The notes: generated by a model not told the origin, from the sequence alone. DNA of 64,000 nt from a bacterium (GCA_016700035.1 CP064998.1:791551-855550); one strand, 5' to 3'; shown: positions 32,773 through 42,304, counted from the first letter of the stretch. Program-made: numbers and translations.

Positions 32773-34041
32773 CTATAAACCAAGAGATTCGTTTAGAGCC
32801 GATTGTGAAGTTGTGACGGTAATACCAGAATTCTTAACCAGCTGAAGTTGTCGCTGTAAAGTTGCCGGACTAACACTCCAGGCATTTTTATTATCACCAG
32901 ACACTTCATGCCAAACCAAGATAAGCCAGCCATTTGAGGCTTTAGCCTGATTGATAGCCGTAATGATTTCGGCATCAGTAGTGGTGTTTAAGACTATAAA
33001 ACTATTAAGGTTATAGCGATCAAAATTAGCTTTGGTATTGGCAATTGGTTCGCAATTTCGAGAGCTCTGATACAAAGTTTTTGCAACACTCACAACACTA
33101 GCACTCGATTCACAGTATGGTGTAGCCAATAACCTAGTTGGTTCGCCCAGTAGATTATCCAAGTAATTCTTGCTGGCAGTTAACTCACTAGACATTTGAG
33201 CTTGACCAAGGCCAGGCAAGCTTGGATGTGAAATTGTATGACTACCAATATCACCACGCTTGTTCCAATCCTTAATTTGCGCCGGAGTCATATAAGTGCC
33301 ATTTCCATAATTAGCATTGTTGATTGCCGTATCGGTAATGATGTACTGAGTTGGGCGCCAGCCAAAGCTCTCCACTAATGGTAGTCCGTGTTGGTAAGCA
33401 CTATTCCAGCCGTCATCAAACTCGATCGAAACTAAGGGTCGCGAAAATGGCTGATGAGTTGAAGGTGGTGGAGTGGTGGGTGTTGGTGGTGGAGTGGTGG
33501 GTGTTGGCACTCCTGCACCACTTAAGCTATAGCCATCAGTCTGCAGCCAACCGTTGCGAGCAATTAAATGATAAATGGTCATACGTTTTGCACCTTGCGG
33601 TACCGTCAAGGTTGCCTTCACCTGTTTCCAGGTAGCCTTACTAGCTCCTACATCCTTGAGCCACAAATACTGCACAGAACCATCCTGCATCTCAATTTCT
33701 GCATCAATTTCGGTACGCACATTTGACTTATACCAGTTCGAATATGTGTAAGTGGTGCCAGGCTGTACATCAACCGCACCTGGAGTCCAGCGAGCATCGC
33801 CATCTTTGTATTTGGTAACTTTTATATAAGCCGAACGTGAGCCACTTTGTGCGCCAGTAGTTGGGACGGAAAAGGCCGCCTGTAAAGATCCCCAACTATC
33901 TGGTGAAAAATCAGTAACCTGCCCTGCTCCACCAGCTTCGAGTGATCCGTTATTAATTAAATCTGTTGCGGCTTGAGCATTTTGGGCTAACATAAAAAGC
34001 CCCAACATAACTGCGGTAACCATCGCTATCCGTAATTTCAT
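32773..34041 (-). CDS. Secreted polysaccharide deacetylase (NodB/CE4 domain) with N-terminal beta-rich domain and TTPPPTP linker
   Basis: Signal peptide. The linker is TPTTPPPTPTTPPPS. The C-terminal SIEFDDGW...HTISHP block is a NodB motif. Confidence 0.7.
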   Translation of the reverse strand: MKLRIAMVTAVMLGLFMLAQNAQAATDLINNGSLEAGGAGQVTDFSPDSWGSLQAAFSVPTTGAQSGSRSAYIKVTKYKDGDARWTPGAVDVQPGTTYTYSNWYKSNVRTEIDAEIEMQDGSVQYLWLKDVGASKATWKQVKATLTVPQGAKRMTIYHLIARNGWLQTDGYSLSGAGVPTPTTPPPTPTTPPPSTHQPFSRPLVSIEFDDGWNSAYQHGLPLVESFGWRPTQYIITDTAINNANYGNGTYMTPAQIKDWNKRGDIGSHTISHPSLPGLGQAQMSSELTASKNYLDNLLGEPTRLLATPYCESSASVVSVAKTLYQSSRNCEPIANTKANFDRYNLNSFIVLNTTTDAEIITAINQAKASNGWLILVWHEVSGDNKNAWSVSPATLQRQLQLVKNSGITVTTSQSALNESLGL

Positions 34042-34784
34042 ATACTTACCTCCCCTAGTTTCATAATCTAGTATGCATACCTCAGCCCATAAAACCTAGC
34101 CAACAAAATACGAATTTTTATCTGACATAAGCAAATTTATGTTCGTAAATTATTGTAAACCATGCTTTTAAAGCTACATTTGTATACTTGTGGTAGAGTC
34201 CATCATTCAGACTAGTATATTTCTGTAAAACCACTGTGAATAACGTAAAATAATGACTCTATTGACAGACACACATAAAGCACGTCTGTAGGACCCGAAC
34301 TATATCATAATTTTTTAATTATTGCAAGTATAAGTTCTATTTTCATGCAGAAAAGACCCTAATAAGCTCGAGGATCTTGGTATATATGCTACTGCAGTGG
34401 GCAGATATCAGATATTGAGCGCTCGCTTAATCATAGCAAGATCTCGAGGACTACGATTGCTCTGACGTGATCATTTCGCCGCCTCACGCTTGACTATGGG
34501 ATCCTTCACAAGTTCAGCTCTCCGTTCGGAAATGTCTCAATCACAACAATCGGCACAGTCCTGGCATCATTGACGGTGACGATGTTGTTTCGAACAGCAT
34601 CGTAAGCAGCATCTTCAAGACTTAGTCCCCAGCGCTCACCTTGCTCATCTATGACGGTATGGCTGTGGTAGATTTGGCTAAAATTTCTCTTGTTAACGGA
34701 TTAAAAATAGACCACCGAAGGCCCAAATATCGCCAGTCTAGTTGTTATTAATAATTAATTCAGTCGAGCATCAAGGCGACCCAT

Positions 34785-34861
34785 TGGTGGCTGCGGGTGG
34801 ATTTGAACCACCGACCTCTGGCTTATGAGTCCATTGCTCTGACCAACTGAGCTACGCAGCC
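34785..34861 (-). tRNA. tRNA with CAU anticodon (elongator Met or lysidine-modified Ile2), CCA encoded
   Basis: The reverse complement gives acceptor GGCTGCG/CGCAGCC, D arm gctcagttggtcagagc, anticodon loop cuCAUaa and T arm ggtggttcaaatccacc. The anticodon stem has two A·G mismatches, so the identity is tentative. Confidence 0.7.
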
Positions 34862-34967
34862 ACGGCTAACATACCTTGAACTGCACTATCTTATCAAATA
34901 TTTGTCAATTTTACCAGATTCAGCATTACTGCCAAACACCACCTACAACTCTATGCTCGTAATACCT

Positions 34968-35306
34968 CTACATTTTAGGTTTTGAACCAGGGGTAGCTTG
35001 GCTTGATCGAGTCTTGCGAAATATTTTAATAAGATCTTGGAAGATATATACAATAATAAACACCACTATAATTGGTACCGTTATAAACGCAATGACTACG
35101 GTCGTAAAAGCAGCTACATTGAGGCTATTGCAGATATACCCACCACTCGCACTACTCTCAGATAATCTACAGTTAACTAAATCGGCCACAATCGATATGA
35201 CAAGCATCATAGCGGCTAACAATGCCACTATCGATATAATTAATAAATATTTTTTGAGCCAAGTGCGCTGATTTAAAAATGACTTCACGCTATCAATTAA
35301 CTGCAT
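34968..35306 (-). CDS. Hypothetical membrane protein
   Basis: 112 aa with two TM helices. Confidence 0.35.
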   Translation of the reverse strand: MQLIDSVKSFLNQRTWLKKYLLIISIVALLAAMMLVISIVADLVNCRLSESSASGGYICNSLNVAAFTTVVIAFITVPIIVVFIIVYIFQDLIKIFRKTRSSQATPGSKPKM

Positions 35307-35345
35307 ATTGTACTCTCTTACATTATTAACCCTATAAAAATATAC

Positions 35346-35615
35346 TTATTGGGCTGGCGGTTGATCCCCTTCACTAGCCGGTTTACTCACCACAAAACTA
35401 ATCCGATACTTAAAGACTGGTATTGTTACCACCCTTAAGTGATGCCAAATGGTGTATCGCACACTGGGGTCTTGAGCAATAAGTGGCTTGCGATGACGCT
35501 GCCAATCATAAACAACGTATATAACTGCAAAGAAAATTGCCAAAGGAATCGGTAAAAGCCAATATGGTATGCCAGACTCAAATAACATATCTTGTGCCTC
35601 CGTCAGTAAAAGCAA
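35346..35615 (-). CDS. Hypothetical membrane protein
   Basis: 89 aa with one TM helix. Confidence 0.35.
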   Translation of the reverse strand: MLLLTEAQDMLFESGIPYWLLPIPLAIFFAVIYVVYDWQRHRKPLIAQDPSVRYTIWHHLRVVTIPVFKYRISFVVSKPASEGDQPPAQ

Positions 35616-35775
35616 ATCCTGACAAATAATTATACAATCTCATCGCCACCTATTTTTAAAACACCAATTTGTATGTCTGAAATATTCATTATTGATATTA
35701 TAGCCGTATCATGACAACCCTGCCACACAATGCTTTTAAAAAACAAAAAGCCCACCAAATTGAGGGCCTAATTTT

Positions 35776-35851
35776 TGGTAGCGGGGGCAGGATTCGAACC
35801 TGCGACCTTCGGGTTATGAGCCCGACGAGCTGCCAGCTGCTCCACCCCGCG
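35776..35851 (-). tRNA. Initiator tRNA-fMet (CAU)
   Basis: The reverse complement CGCGGGGTGGAGCAGCTGGCAGCTCGTCGGGCTCATAACCCGAAGGTCGCAGGTTCGAATCCTGCCCCCGCTACCA closely matches bacterial initiator tRNA. It has the 1:72 mismatch and three GC pairs in the anticodon stem. Confidence 0.85.
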
Positions 35852-35915
35852 ATATAAGTAGTATTTTACAGATTTGTAGAGCTTTTGTCAATCTGTTGAA
35901 ATACTGCTATGCAGA

Positions 35916-36317
35916 TTATTGGGCGCCAAAAAGAAAATCACCCCATTCTTCAAGATGAGATTTCTGCGGTAGCGTTACCTGCGATGTAGTATCTGCACCA
36001 TGATCAACCTCCTTATGTGTATCACCACGACCAACAATCACAACTTGCTCGCCACTAGTTTGCAAGCCAAGCTTCTCACGGGCAAATCGCTCTTTATAGG
36101 CATCACTCTGATAGTAAGATATCTGGGCACGCAGTGCTTCAATATCATTTTCCAACACTACATTTTCTTCCTCTATTTTATCAGCCTTCTCACGAATTGC
36201 TGTATTTTTTGCACTTAAATTAACCAATGCAGCCATTACATAAATTGTTGCAATCAGACCCACCCAAAATGCTAAGCGAGTATAGTCAAAAATCTTATCT
36301 TTAAGAGTTGGCTTCAT
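35916..36317 (-). CDS. Septum formation initiator family protein (FtsB/DivIC-like)
   Basis: An N-terminal TM helix, then a coiled-coil LENDIEALRAQISYYQSD, as in FtsB/DivIC. Confidence 0.6.
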   Translation of the reverse strand: MKPTLKDKIFDYTRLAFWVGLIATIYVMAALVNLSAKNTAIREKADKIEEENVVLENDIEALRAQISYYQSDAYKERFAREKLGLQTSGEQVVIVGRGDTHKEVDHGADTTSQVTLPQKSHLEEWGDFLFGAQ

Positions 36318-36352
36318 AATGACATTGTAGCATGTGTAGTACTTGCGCTAAG

Positions 36353-37960
36353 CTACCAGCTACCGCCGCCGCCGCCACCAGCGCCACCACCAGAAAACCC
36401 ACCACCAGACCCACCGCTCGATGACGGAGGTGAGGTATGCGATGAAACATTAGTTGAGAATGAGCTTGTTAACATGTTTGTAAACAAGACCGGACTCGAA
36501 CTATGTGCGCCATGATACCAGCTATGTGTTGCCGGTTCGATATCAATCCCCTCAAACTGTTTGGCCCATTGTTTTTCAACCCCTAGAGCTATGGCGTAAG
36601 GCAATAATTTAGTGAAACGCTCTGGAGTTTTATCTGGAGCTTCGGCAAACTTCATACGATCTTTCTCGGCTACATTAAGATATAGCTTAAGGCCTTCAGC
36701 CTGTGCCCAAACATCATAACCTTTTTCAGTAAGGTTTTGTGGCGATAAGAATCTTTGCTTTTCAGCAAATAATCCAGCCAACTTTAAGCTATCGGTTAAC
36801 TGTGTACGAACCGAAGATACCACCTTTACCATATCATTCGGCTTTAACTCGTCAACATAAATTGTTGGACCGCCACTAAAGACACCCTGCAAAAGAGTTT
36901 GCTCAGCAGTAGATAATTTATCTGCACTCTTTGCAGATGTGAGCAAAAACCGATCTTTGGTGCCGAAAAAGCGCTTTTGCTGTTCATAGCCAATAGTTAA
37001 ATGACCACGCCGAGCCAGGTCTATCAACATAGCCGTTACCTCACGACTATCGGCAACTTCGTCAGAGATCAGGCCCACTTGGCCTGGCGATAATTCGGCG
37101 GGAGCTTCAAACTGAGCCACCACAGTTTCTTGCTTACGACGGGCTTGTCGTGCCATCGAACGACGAATAAAAATTGCTGTCACCCCAAGAGCAATCAGCA
37201 ATGCAACAATATTCATTATACTTTTCAGATTTGCTAGCCATCCCGGCCAATTGCCCCGGTCCATCTCTGGCTTCTGGTTGCTTATAGTCGCAAAGGCTCC
37301 TTCTTGAAATGACCCCGGTTGAACAAGCAAATCAACTGTCATACCTTCACCTGCTGGAAGGGGCTTGGTAGCGCGTACCTGCACACTATTCTGATTATCC
37401 GAGCTCCCAATAATAATACAATCCTTATTTTTTTCTCCCTGCTTACCCGTAAAACACTCTTGCTTTAAGACGGTCGCACCTGCGGGTAAGTTAATATGCC
37501 CACTCACATCTTGAGCTGGTACATCCCACCCCGTACCATGAACATTTAAAGTAATATAGTCTCCAGCTGGATCTTTCCGTACAACCGGGCTAAGGCTATA
37601 CCGCACGCCGTATTCCTGAACCCCACCAATTCTACTATCTGGATTGCCTATCGTGATGCGCTGAAAAGCCCCTTCTTGAACTTTCTTGGCAGGCTCCTCC
37701 GACCCTCCACGCGTAACGCCATTGAGTGCGAAATCAAAATACAGATACTTACCTTCATCAATCTGACCAACATACGGAATCTTTCGATAAATACCATGCC
37801 TTTGACCATCAAAAGAATAAAGTATTTTTTCATAAAAATTAGCTACACCATCTTGAGTGACCGCAATATCAGTTGATATGGATTTGATTGAATCGGCTTT
37901 TGCGCTCAGTGGAGCAATCAGACCTAATGCCACTATAATAACCCAAGCCAATCGACGCAT
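36353..37960 (-). CDS. DUF2207-like membrane protein with Gly-rich C-terminal tail
   Basis: The start is taken at MRRLAWVIIVALGL, a signal peptide, which avoids overlap with the upstream permease. The C-terminus is GGSGGGFSGGGAGGGGGGSW. Confidence 0.55.
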   Translation of the reverse strand: MRRLAWVIIVALGLIAPLSAKADSIKSISTDIAVTQDGVANFYEKILYSFDGQRHGIYRKIPYVGQIDEGKYLYFDFALNGVTRGGSEEPAKKVQEGAFQRITIGNPDSRIGGVQEYGVRYSLSPVVRKDPAGDYITLNVHGTGWDVPAQDVSGHINLPAGATVLKQECFTGKQGEKNKDCIIIGSSDNQNSVQVRATKPLPAGEGMTVDLLVQPGSFQEGAFATISNQKPEMDRGNWPGWLANLKSIMNIVALLIALGVTAIFIRRSMARQARRKQETVVAQFEAPAELSPGQVGLISDEVADSREVTAMLIDLARRGHLTIGYEQQKRFFGTKDRFLLTSAKSADKLSTAEQTLLQGVFSGGPTIYVDELKPNDMVKVVSSVRTQLTDSLKLAGLFAEKQRFLSPQNLTEKGYDVWAQAEGLKLYLNVAEKDRMKFAEAPDKTPERFTKLLPYAIALGVEKQWAKQFEGIDIEPATHSWYHGAHSSSPVLFTNMLTSSFSTNVSSHTSPPSSSGGSGGGFSGGGAGGGGGGSW

Positions 37961-37962
37961 TT

Positions 37963-39099
37963 TTACTCCCATCGGAACACTAGTGTTGCAATAATATATA
38001 TAATTACACCCCACACCAAAAGCCCAAGGAGCTCTGAGTGTAGTGCCCAAAGGCTGGCTCCTTCGGTAGCAATTTTACGCAAAGCATCAACCAGAAATGT
38101 TAGTGGCAATAGTCTTGTGATACTCTCTAGCCACTGTGGCAATCCTTCGCGCGGAAAGAATACGCCAGATAAAAACAGCATGGGGAATTGAATTAACTGC
38201 GCTACCGGTGTGGCCTGGTTTTCATCTCGTGCCCAGCCCGCTATTGCAAAGCCAATACCTAAAAATACTGCCGATCCCAAAGCTGCCACAAAAAGAAAGC
38301 TTAGGAGTGAGCCAATCATGTGAGCGTCAAAAATCCACATCCCAAGCGCCAAAAGTAATAAAACTTGCACAACCGATATGATAAGCCGGCTAGTGCCTTG
38401 CGCCACAACAAAATACATTGGGCGAGTTGGAGTAGCTTGTATGCGACGTAGCTGGCCAGTTGTTTTGTAAGCTACAAAGGCAAAAGCTACGGCAAATATC
38501 CCTAATTGCATAATCGACATGGCAATCACGCCAGGTAAAAAGAAATCAATTTGTGATAAATTATTAGTCTTAACACCTTTAGACTCCACACTCAAAACCA
38601 CTGGCGCCTGAGTGGCCTGCGCATTAAAGCCAGCTACTATCTGCGATAAAATTAAGTTTGTTGTCTGGCCAACCTGCGGATTCCCTTCATTATAGTAGGT
38701 CTGAATAGTGGCTGGCTTCAGGCTGCGTGTGGCTGGGTCGGGCTGACCAAATGTATCCGGCACAATCACTTGCAAGTCTATCTGGCCTCGCCCCAGTAAA
38801 TCAGCCGCTTCCCCTTCACTTACTTCCTTTACAGTAAAAGCCTTAACCTCTTTTAAGGATTGGACAAACTTTTGCGATAGCTCCGTCTGGCTGTAATTTG
38901 TAATTGCTATATCAGTCTTAAAGTCATTACTCTGAAACAAAAAGCCAAACACAAATATCAGAATCACTGGAATAAACAATGTAAAAAATACACCAGTCTT
39001 ATTGCGGAAGTACATCTTCATACTGGCAACCGTTAGGGCATGAAGCGCATATATTCGACGCTTCAAAAGTGCAGTATCGGGCTTTTTGGCTTTACTCAT
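37963..39099 (-). CDS. ABC-2 type transporter permease
   Basis: 378 aa with 6 TM helices and an ABC-2 layout. It overlaps the ATPase gene by 4 nt. Confidence 0.8.
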   Translation of the reverse strand: MSKAKKPDTALLKRRIYALHALTVASMKMYFRNKTGVFFTLFIPVILIFVFGFLFQSNDFKTDIAITNYSQTELSQKFVQSLKEVKAFTVKEVSEGEAADLLGRGQIDLQVIVPDTFGQPDPATRSLKPATIQTYYNEGNPQVGQTTNLILSQIVAGFNAQATQAPVVLSVESKGVKTNNLSQIDFFLPGVIAMSIMQLGIFAVAFAFVAYKTTGQLRRIQATPTRPMYFVVAQGTSRLIISVVQVLLLLALGMWIFDAHMIGSLLSFLFVAALGSAVFLGIGFAIAGWARDENQATPVAQLIQFPMLFLSGVFFPREGLPQWLESITRLLPLTFLVDALRKIATEGASLWALHSELLGLLVWGVIIYIIATLVFRWE

Positions 39100-39848
39100 T
39101 CCCGCAATTCCTTACCAGTTAAATCAATAAATACATCCTCAAGTGTTGCTGGAGCTACCTGGCGATGCGGTTTAAAGCCTCGCTTTAATAATGACTTAAT
39201 TAGATTTTCTGGTGTATCAAGAGCTACAATCTTACCTTCATCCATAATCGCAATTCGATCACACAAATATTCTGCCTCATCCATATAATGGGTAGTAATA
39301 ATAACCGTCTTGCCAGAAGCTTGGATCTGGCGAACCAACTCCCAAAGATTACGCCTAGCCTGCGGATCCAGCCCGGTAGTTGGCTCATCTAAAAATAAAA
39401 CAATCGGATCATTAACTAGTGCGGCAGCAATCGAAAAACGCTGTCGTTGGCCACCCGAAAGCTCTTTAGCTTGAGCCTTTGATTTTTCAGTTAAGTCAAC
39501 TTCCTCTAAGAGTTCCTTGGGGTCTTTATTTTGATCATACAGATTAGAAAATAGATGTAAAATCTCAACTAAAGATAGCTTTTCAAAAAAACTAGAGCTT
39601 TGTAGCTGTACACCAATCTTCTCTTTGACTTCATACGGATCTTTTGCCACATCCGTCCCATCAATTACAATCGACCCAGAAGTAATCTCGCGCATCCCCT
39701 CCATCATTTCTAAAGTGGTAGTTTTACCTGCACCGTTCGGCCCCAATATACCAAAGACTTCACCCTTTTTCACTGCGAAGCTCACCCCCCGAACTGCTTC
39801 GAAGTCATCGTAGCTTTTATGTAAATTCTTGACGGTAATTAGTGCCAT
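39096..39848 (-). CDS. ABC transporter ATP-binding protein
   Basis: Walker A GPNGAGKTT, signature LSGGQRQR, Walker B LFLDEPT. Confidence 0.9.
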   Translation of the reverse strand: MALITVKNLHKSYDDFEAVRGVSFAVKKGEVFGILGPNGAGKTTTLEMMEGMREITSGSIVIDGTDVAKDPYEVKEKIGVQLQSSSFFEKLSLVEILHLFSNLYDQNKDPKELLEEVDLTEKSKAQAKELSGGQRQRFSIAAALVNDPIVLFLDEPTTGLDPQARRNLWELVRQIQASGKTVIITTHYMDEAEYLCDRIAIMDEGKIVALDTPENLIKSLLKRGFKPHRQVAPATLEDVFIDLTGKELRE

Positions 39849-39989
39849 GCAGTATTAAGTATACTGCAAACTGGTATAAAAAATTAAGTTTCCATAAAGT
39901 AGAAATTTATATTCCATGAATAATGCTTTTGTCATAAACTAGCAGAAGCAGGTACAATATAGGAGCTTCCCAAACTAGCAATATAGTGT

Positions 39990-40075
39990 GGGCCCGTAGC
40001 TCAGTGGTTATTGTGACGTAGTCGCGCTTTAAAAAACTGCTCTAACCATAACCTTTGAGCTACGGATCTACGAGA
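39990..40075 (+). other. tRNA 5' fragment: duplicate of the first 21 nt of the downstream tRNA (plus 11 nt of its upstream flank), followed by an inverted partial copy forming a long hairpin
   Basis: aatatagtgtgggcccgtagctcagtggtta occurs at both 39982 and 40088. The reverse complement of 40046-40074 matches the same tRNA 5' segment. There is no T arm, so it is not a functional tRNA. Confidence 0.5.
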
Positions 40076-40095
40076 AAGATTCGTAAATATAGTGT

Positions 40096-40171
40096 GGGCC
40101 CGTAGCTCAGTGGTTAGAGCAGTCGACTCATAATCGATTGGCCGCTGGTTCAAATCCAGCCGGGCCCACCA
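40096..40171 (+). tRNA. tRNA with CAU anticodon (Met elongator or Ile2), CCA encoded
   Basis: Acceptor GGGCCCG/CGGGCCC, anticodon stem-loop gtcga-cuCAUaa-tcgat, T arm gctggttcaaatccagc. Confidence 0.85.
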
Positions 40172-40174
40172 CAT

Positions 40175-40200
40175 AATCACCTTATAGTAGGTGATTTTTT
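40175..40200 (+). terminator. Rho-independent terminator after tRNA. A second convergent hairpin at 40204-40236 serves the minus-strand gene.
   Basis: atcacct-tatagt-aggtgat followed by tttttt. Then aaaataacc...ggttatttt for the opposite strand. Confidence 0.55.
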
Positions 40201-40250
40201 ATAAAAAATAACCCCGTATCAACGAGGTTATTTTAGTTTTTAAAAGCCTT

Positions 40251-40535
40251 TTATGCTACAGCGCCGTCAGCCGGTGGTGCAGCTGGAGCCTCAGGAACAG
40301 CTGGAGCCTCAGGTATAGGATTGGGCGCTCCTTCAACTGCTTGGTCCGGAGTTGGCTCAACTGGAGCTTCTGGAGCGGCTGGCGCCTCAGTTACAGCTGG
40401 CGCTTCTGGAGCTGGGGCAGCTGGTGCCTCTGGTGTGGTTGGCTCTGGTGCAGCTACCGGAGCTCCTGCTGGATCTGGCTGAGTTACTACACCAGGAGTT
40501 GGCGTAGCTGGTTCTGGTTGTGTCTGTGGGTCCAT
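40251..40535 (-). CDS. Pro/Ala/Glu-rich intrinsically disordered small protein
   Basis: 94 aa of PEAPAAPAPEAPAV-type repeats. Strong RBS aaaggag 10 nt upstream, with a terminator hairpin downstream. GC is higher than flanks because of codon composition. Confidence 0.5.
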   Translation of the reverse strand: MDPQTQPEPATPTPGVVTQPDPAGAPVAAPEPTTPEAPAAPAPEAPAVTEAPAAPEAPVEPTPDQAVEGAPNPIPEAPAVPEAPAAPPADGAVA

Positions 40536-40661
40536 AAAATCTTTTCTCCTTTAGGTAATTTAGTATGGGATACTACGATTATATCAGTTCTACTTATCAG
40601 GGGCCAACCATAACAAAAACCCACCATATAGGTGGGTTTTTGCGTTCTAAAAGAATCGGTC

Positions 40662-40865
40662 TTACTTATTCTCTTTTTTGAGGATTGGAAGACCTGTACG
40701 GGTGTTTTCAACAACCATGTAGCCCTCTGGCAAAGCGTCAATTGCACCTTCCTTAGCTTCGCGAGCGAAGAAGTAAATACGTTGCTGACGACCACCCTTT
40801 AGGGTTACGTCGCGCTGGTGCAAAATGTAAGTTTGACCTTTTGAATTAGTGTGCTGGTATGCCAT
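40662..40865 (-). CDS. Hypothetical small protein (KGG-containing, likely conserved small domain)
   Basis: The likely start is MAYQHTNSKGQTY. About 67 aa. Confidence 0.35.
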   Translation of the reverse strand: MAYQHTNSKGQTYILHQRDVTLKGGRQQRIYFFAREAKEGAIDALPEGYMVVENTRTGLPILKKENK

Positions 40866-41012
40866 ATCTTGTTTCACTCCTTATTACTAGTTATGTTTCC
40901 AGGTTAGGCCAGGAGAGCCAACCTGTCAACACCTTTACGCAAACTTTTTTATATTTTCTTCTGATCTACAGGTTAGGACAGCTTAAAATATAATTGGTAT
41001 CATTCGACTATC

Positions 41013-42248
41013 TCACCCATTACTTTTTATTGCCGAAGGCTTGATAGACATCTCTTTTGTCCGCTCTGGCCTCAAAATATCCATACCTCTACCGCCAATT
41101 AATGCTACCCCCAAAATGAAAGCCGTCAAACTAATAACTGCACCAAGTACCGGCACTAAGCCGACTACCGCTAAAGTTACAAACCCAATTATCGTAGCAA
41201 CTAGCTCAGTAGTGTAGCTGGCTGTCTTTGTATTTTTATTATTTGACTGAAGCTTTTCCATAATTAGCCTACCAATAAAGTTAGCGCTAGCTGTAGGAGC
41301 CATCACAAGTACTAATATAAATAGTAGCGCCAACACGGCAGCTAATGGTATGCCGATAATCGTAAATAGCATCAAGATTAACACTATTGGTACAATCACC
41401 ACCAATGCCACAGCCTTAAGGCAATCATAAAATAGTCTCCTATTAAGACCAGTAGCGGTACTGAAAAATAGTTTTGGCGCAACATAAAGCAATACGCTGG
41501 CAATCAATATATTAGCAATTAGCCAATACACCAAATCTACCAACTGAATCATGATACGCTCTTGAGTTGAAGTAGCACGATCTGGCTCAGCCCGCTTAAT
41601 AGAACCCTGAATTGAACGATCGTTCTCGATAGCAACCTGATTTTGTGAACTATAGTTAAGATTTCCTCCAATCTCACTCGATCCCTGAACGGTGATTTTC
41701 TCACCCGCAACCGTAACATCTCCACCAGTCTTGCCCGCTATTACCACCTCGGTGCCAGCTACATAAATGCTTTGATCCACGTCACCGCGTATTGAAAGTT
41801 CGCCACCAGCAGCAAACAAATTCTGAATACTAGCTTGCTCGCCCAGCTGAACAGTGCTACCGGCAAGAAAAACTGAAGCTGAATCCTGAGAGCTAACCTC
41901 CACATCAGCACCAGCAACATGAATATTGCCGTCAACCCTCCCCCTAACGACCACCTTTTCTGCCACCGCATAAACACTCCCCTTAACCGAGCCATCAATC
42001 TCAACTTCACCACCGGCGACTATCACATCACCCTGCACAGTCCCCTTAATCAATATTTTGTCAGCAGCTCTAATATAGATACCATTTATTGTTTGGTCGG
42101 CTGATAGTTCAGCCAAAGTATCGGCAGCTCGCGCAATGCCAACCGAAAATAGTACCACAAATAAAGCAATAATTAAGCTAATTAGGATTTTTGGGGATTT
42201 CATATTTTTATTAAACGCCGAAAATACATTAAACACAAGACTTGACAC
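41013..42248 (-). CDS. Membrane protein with N-terminal signal, bactofilin-like beta-helical repeat region and C-terminal polytopic domain
   Basis: Repeats of the form (V/I)xGxVxGDVxVAGGEVEIDGSVKG, then about 5 TM helices. Confidence 0.5.
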   Translation of the reverse strand: MSSLVFNVFSAFNKNMKSPKILISLIIALFVVLFSVGIARAADTLAELSADQTINGIYIRAADKILIKGTVQGDVIVAGGEVEIDGSVKGSVYAVAEKVVVRGRVDGNIHVAGADVEVSSQDSASVFLAGSTVQLGEQASIQNLFAAGGELSIRGDVDQSIYVAGTEVVIAGKTGGDVTVAGEKITVQGSSEIGGNLNYSSQNQVAIENDRSIQGSIKRAEPDRATSTQERIMIQLVDLVYWLIANILIASVLLYVAPKLFFSTATGLNRRLFYDCLKAVALVVIVPIVLILMLFTIIGIPLAAVLALLFILVLVMAPTASANFIGRLIMEKLQSNNKNTKTASYTTELVATIIGFVTLAVVGLVPVLGAVISLTAFILGVALIGGRGMDILRPERTKEMSIKPSAIKSNG

Positions 42249-42304
42249 GTTCGTAACTTGTTCGTTATTATTGATTTAAGAGCAGTATTCATAAAGGAGG
42301 GATT

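Noticed and set aside
33430-33520. Short tandem DNA repeat ggtggtggagtggtgggtgttgg x2
   Set aside because: It simply encodes the TPTTPPP linker of the deacetylase. It is not a CRISPR or regulatory repeat.
39990-40075. Possible fourth complete tRNA
   Set aside because: Only the first 21 nt match a tRNA. There is no T arm or anticodon arm, and the rest is an inverted copy of the same segment.
40341-40613. Trp/Ser-rich 90-aa plus-strand ORF
   Set aside because: It mirrors the GC-rich Pro/Ala repeat gene on the other strand, which has an RBS and a terminator.
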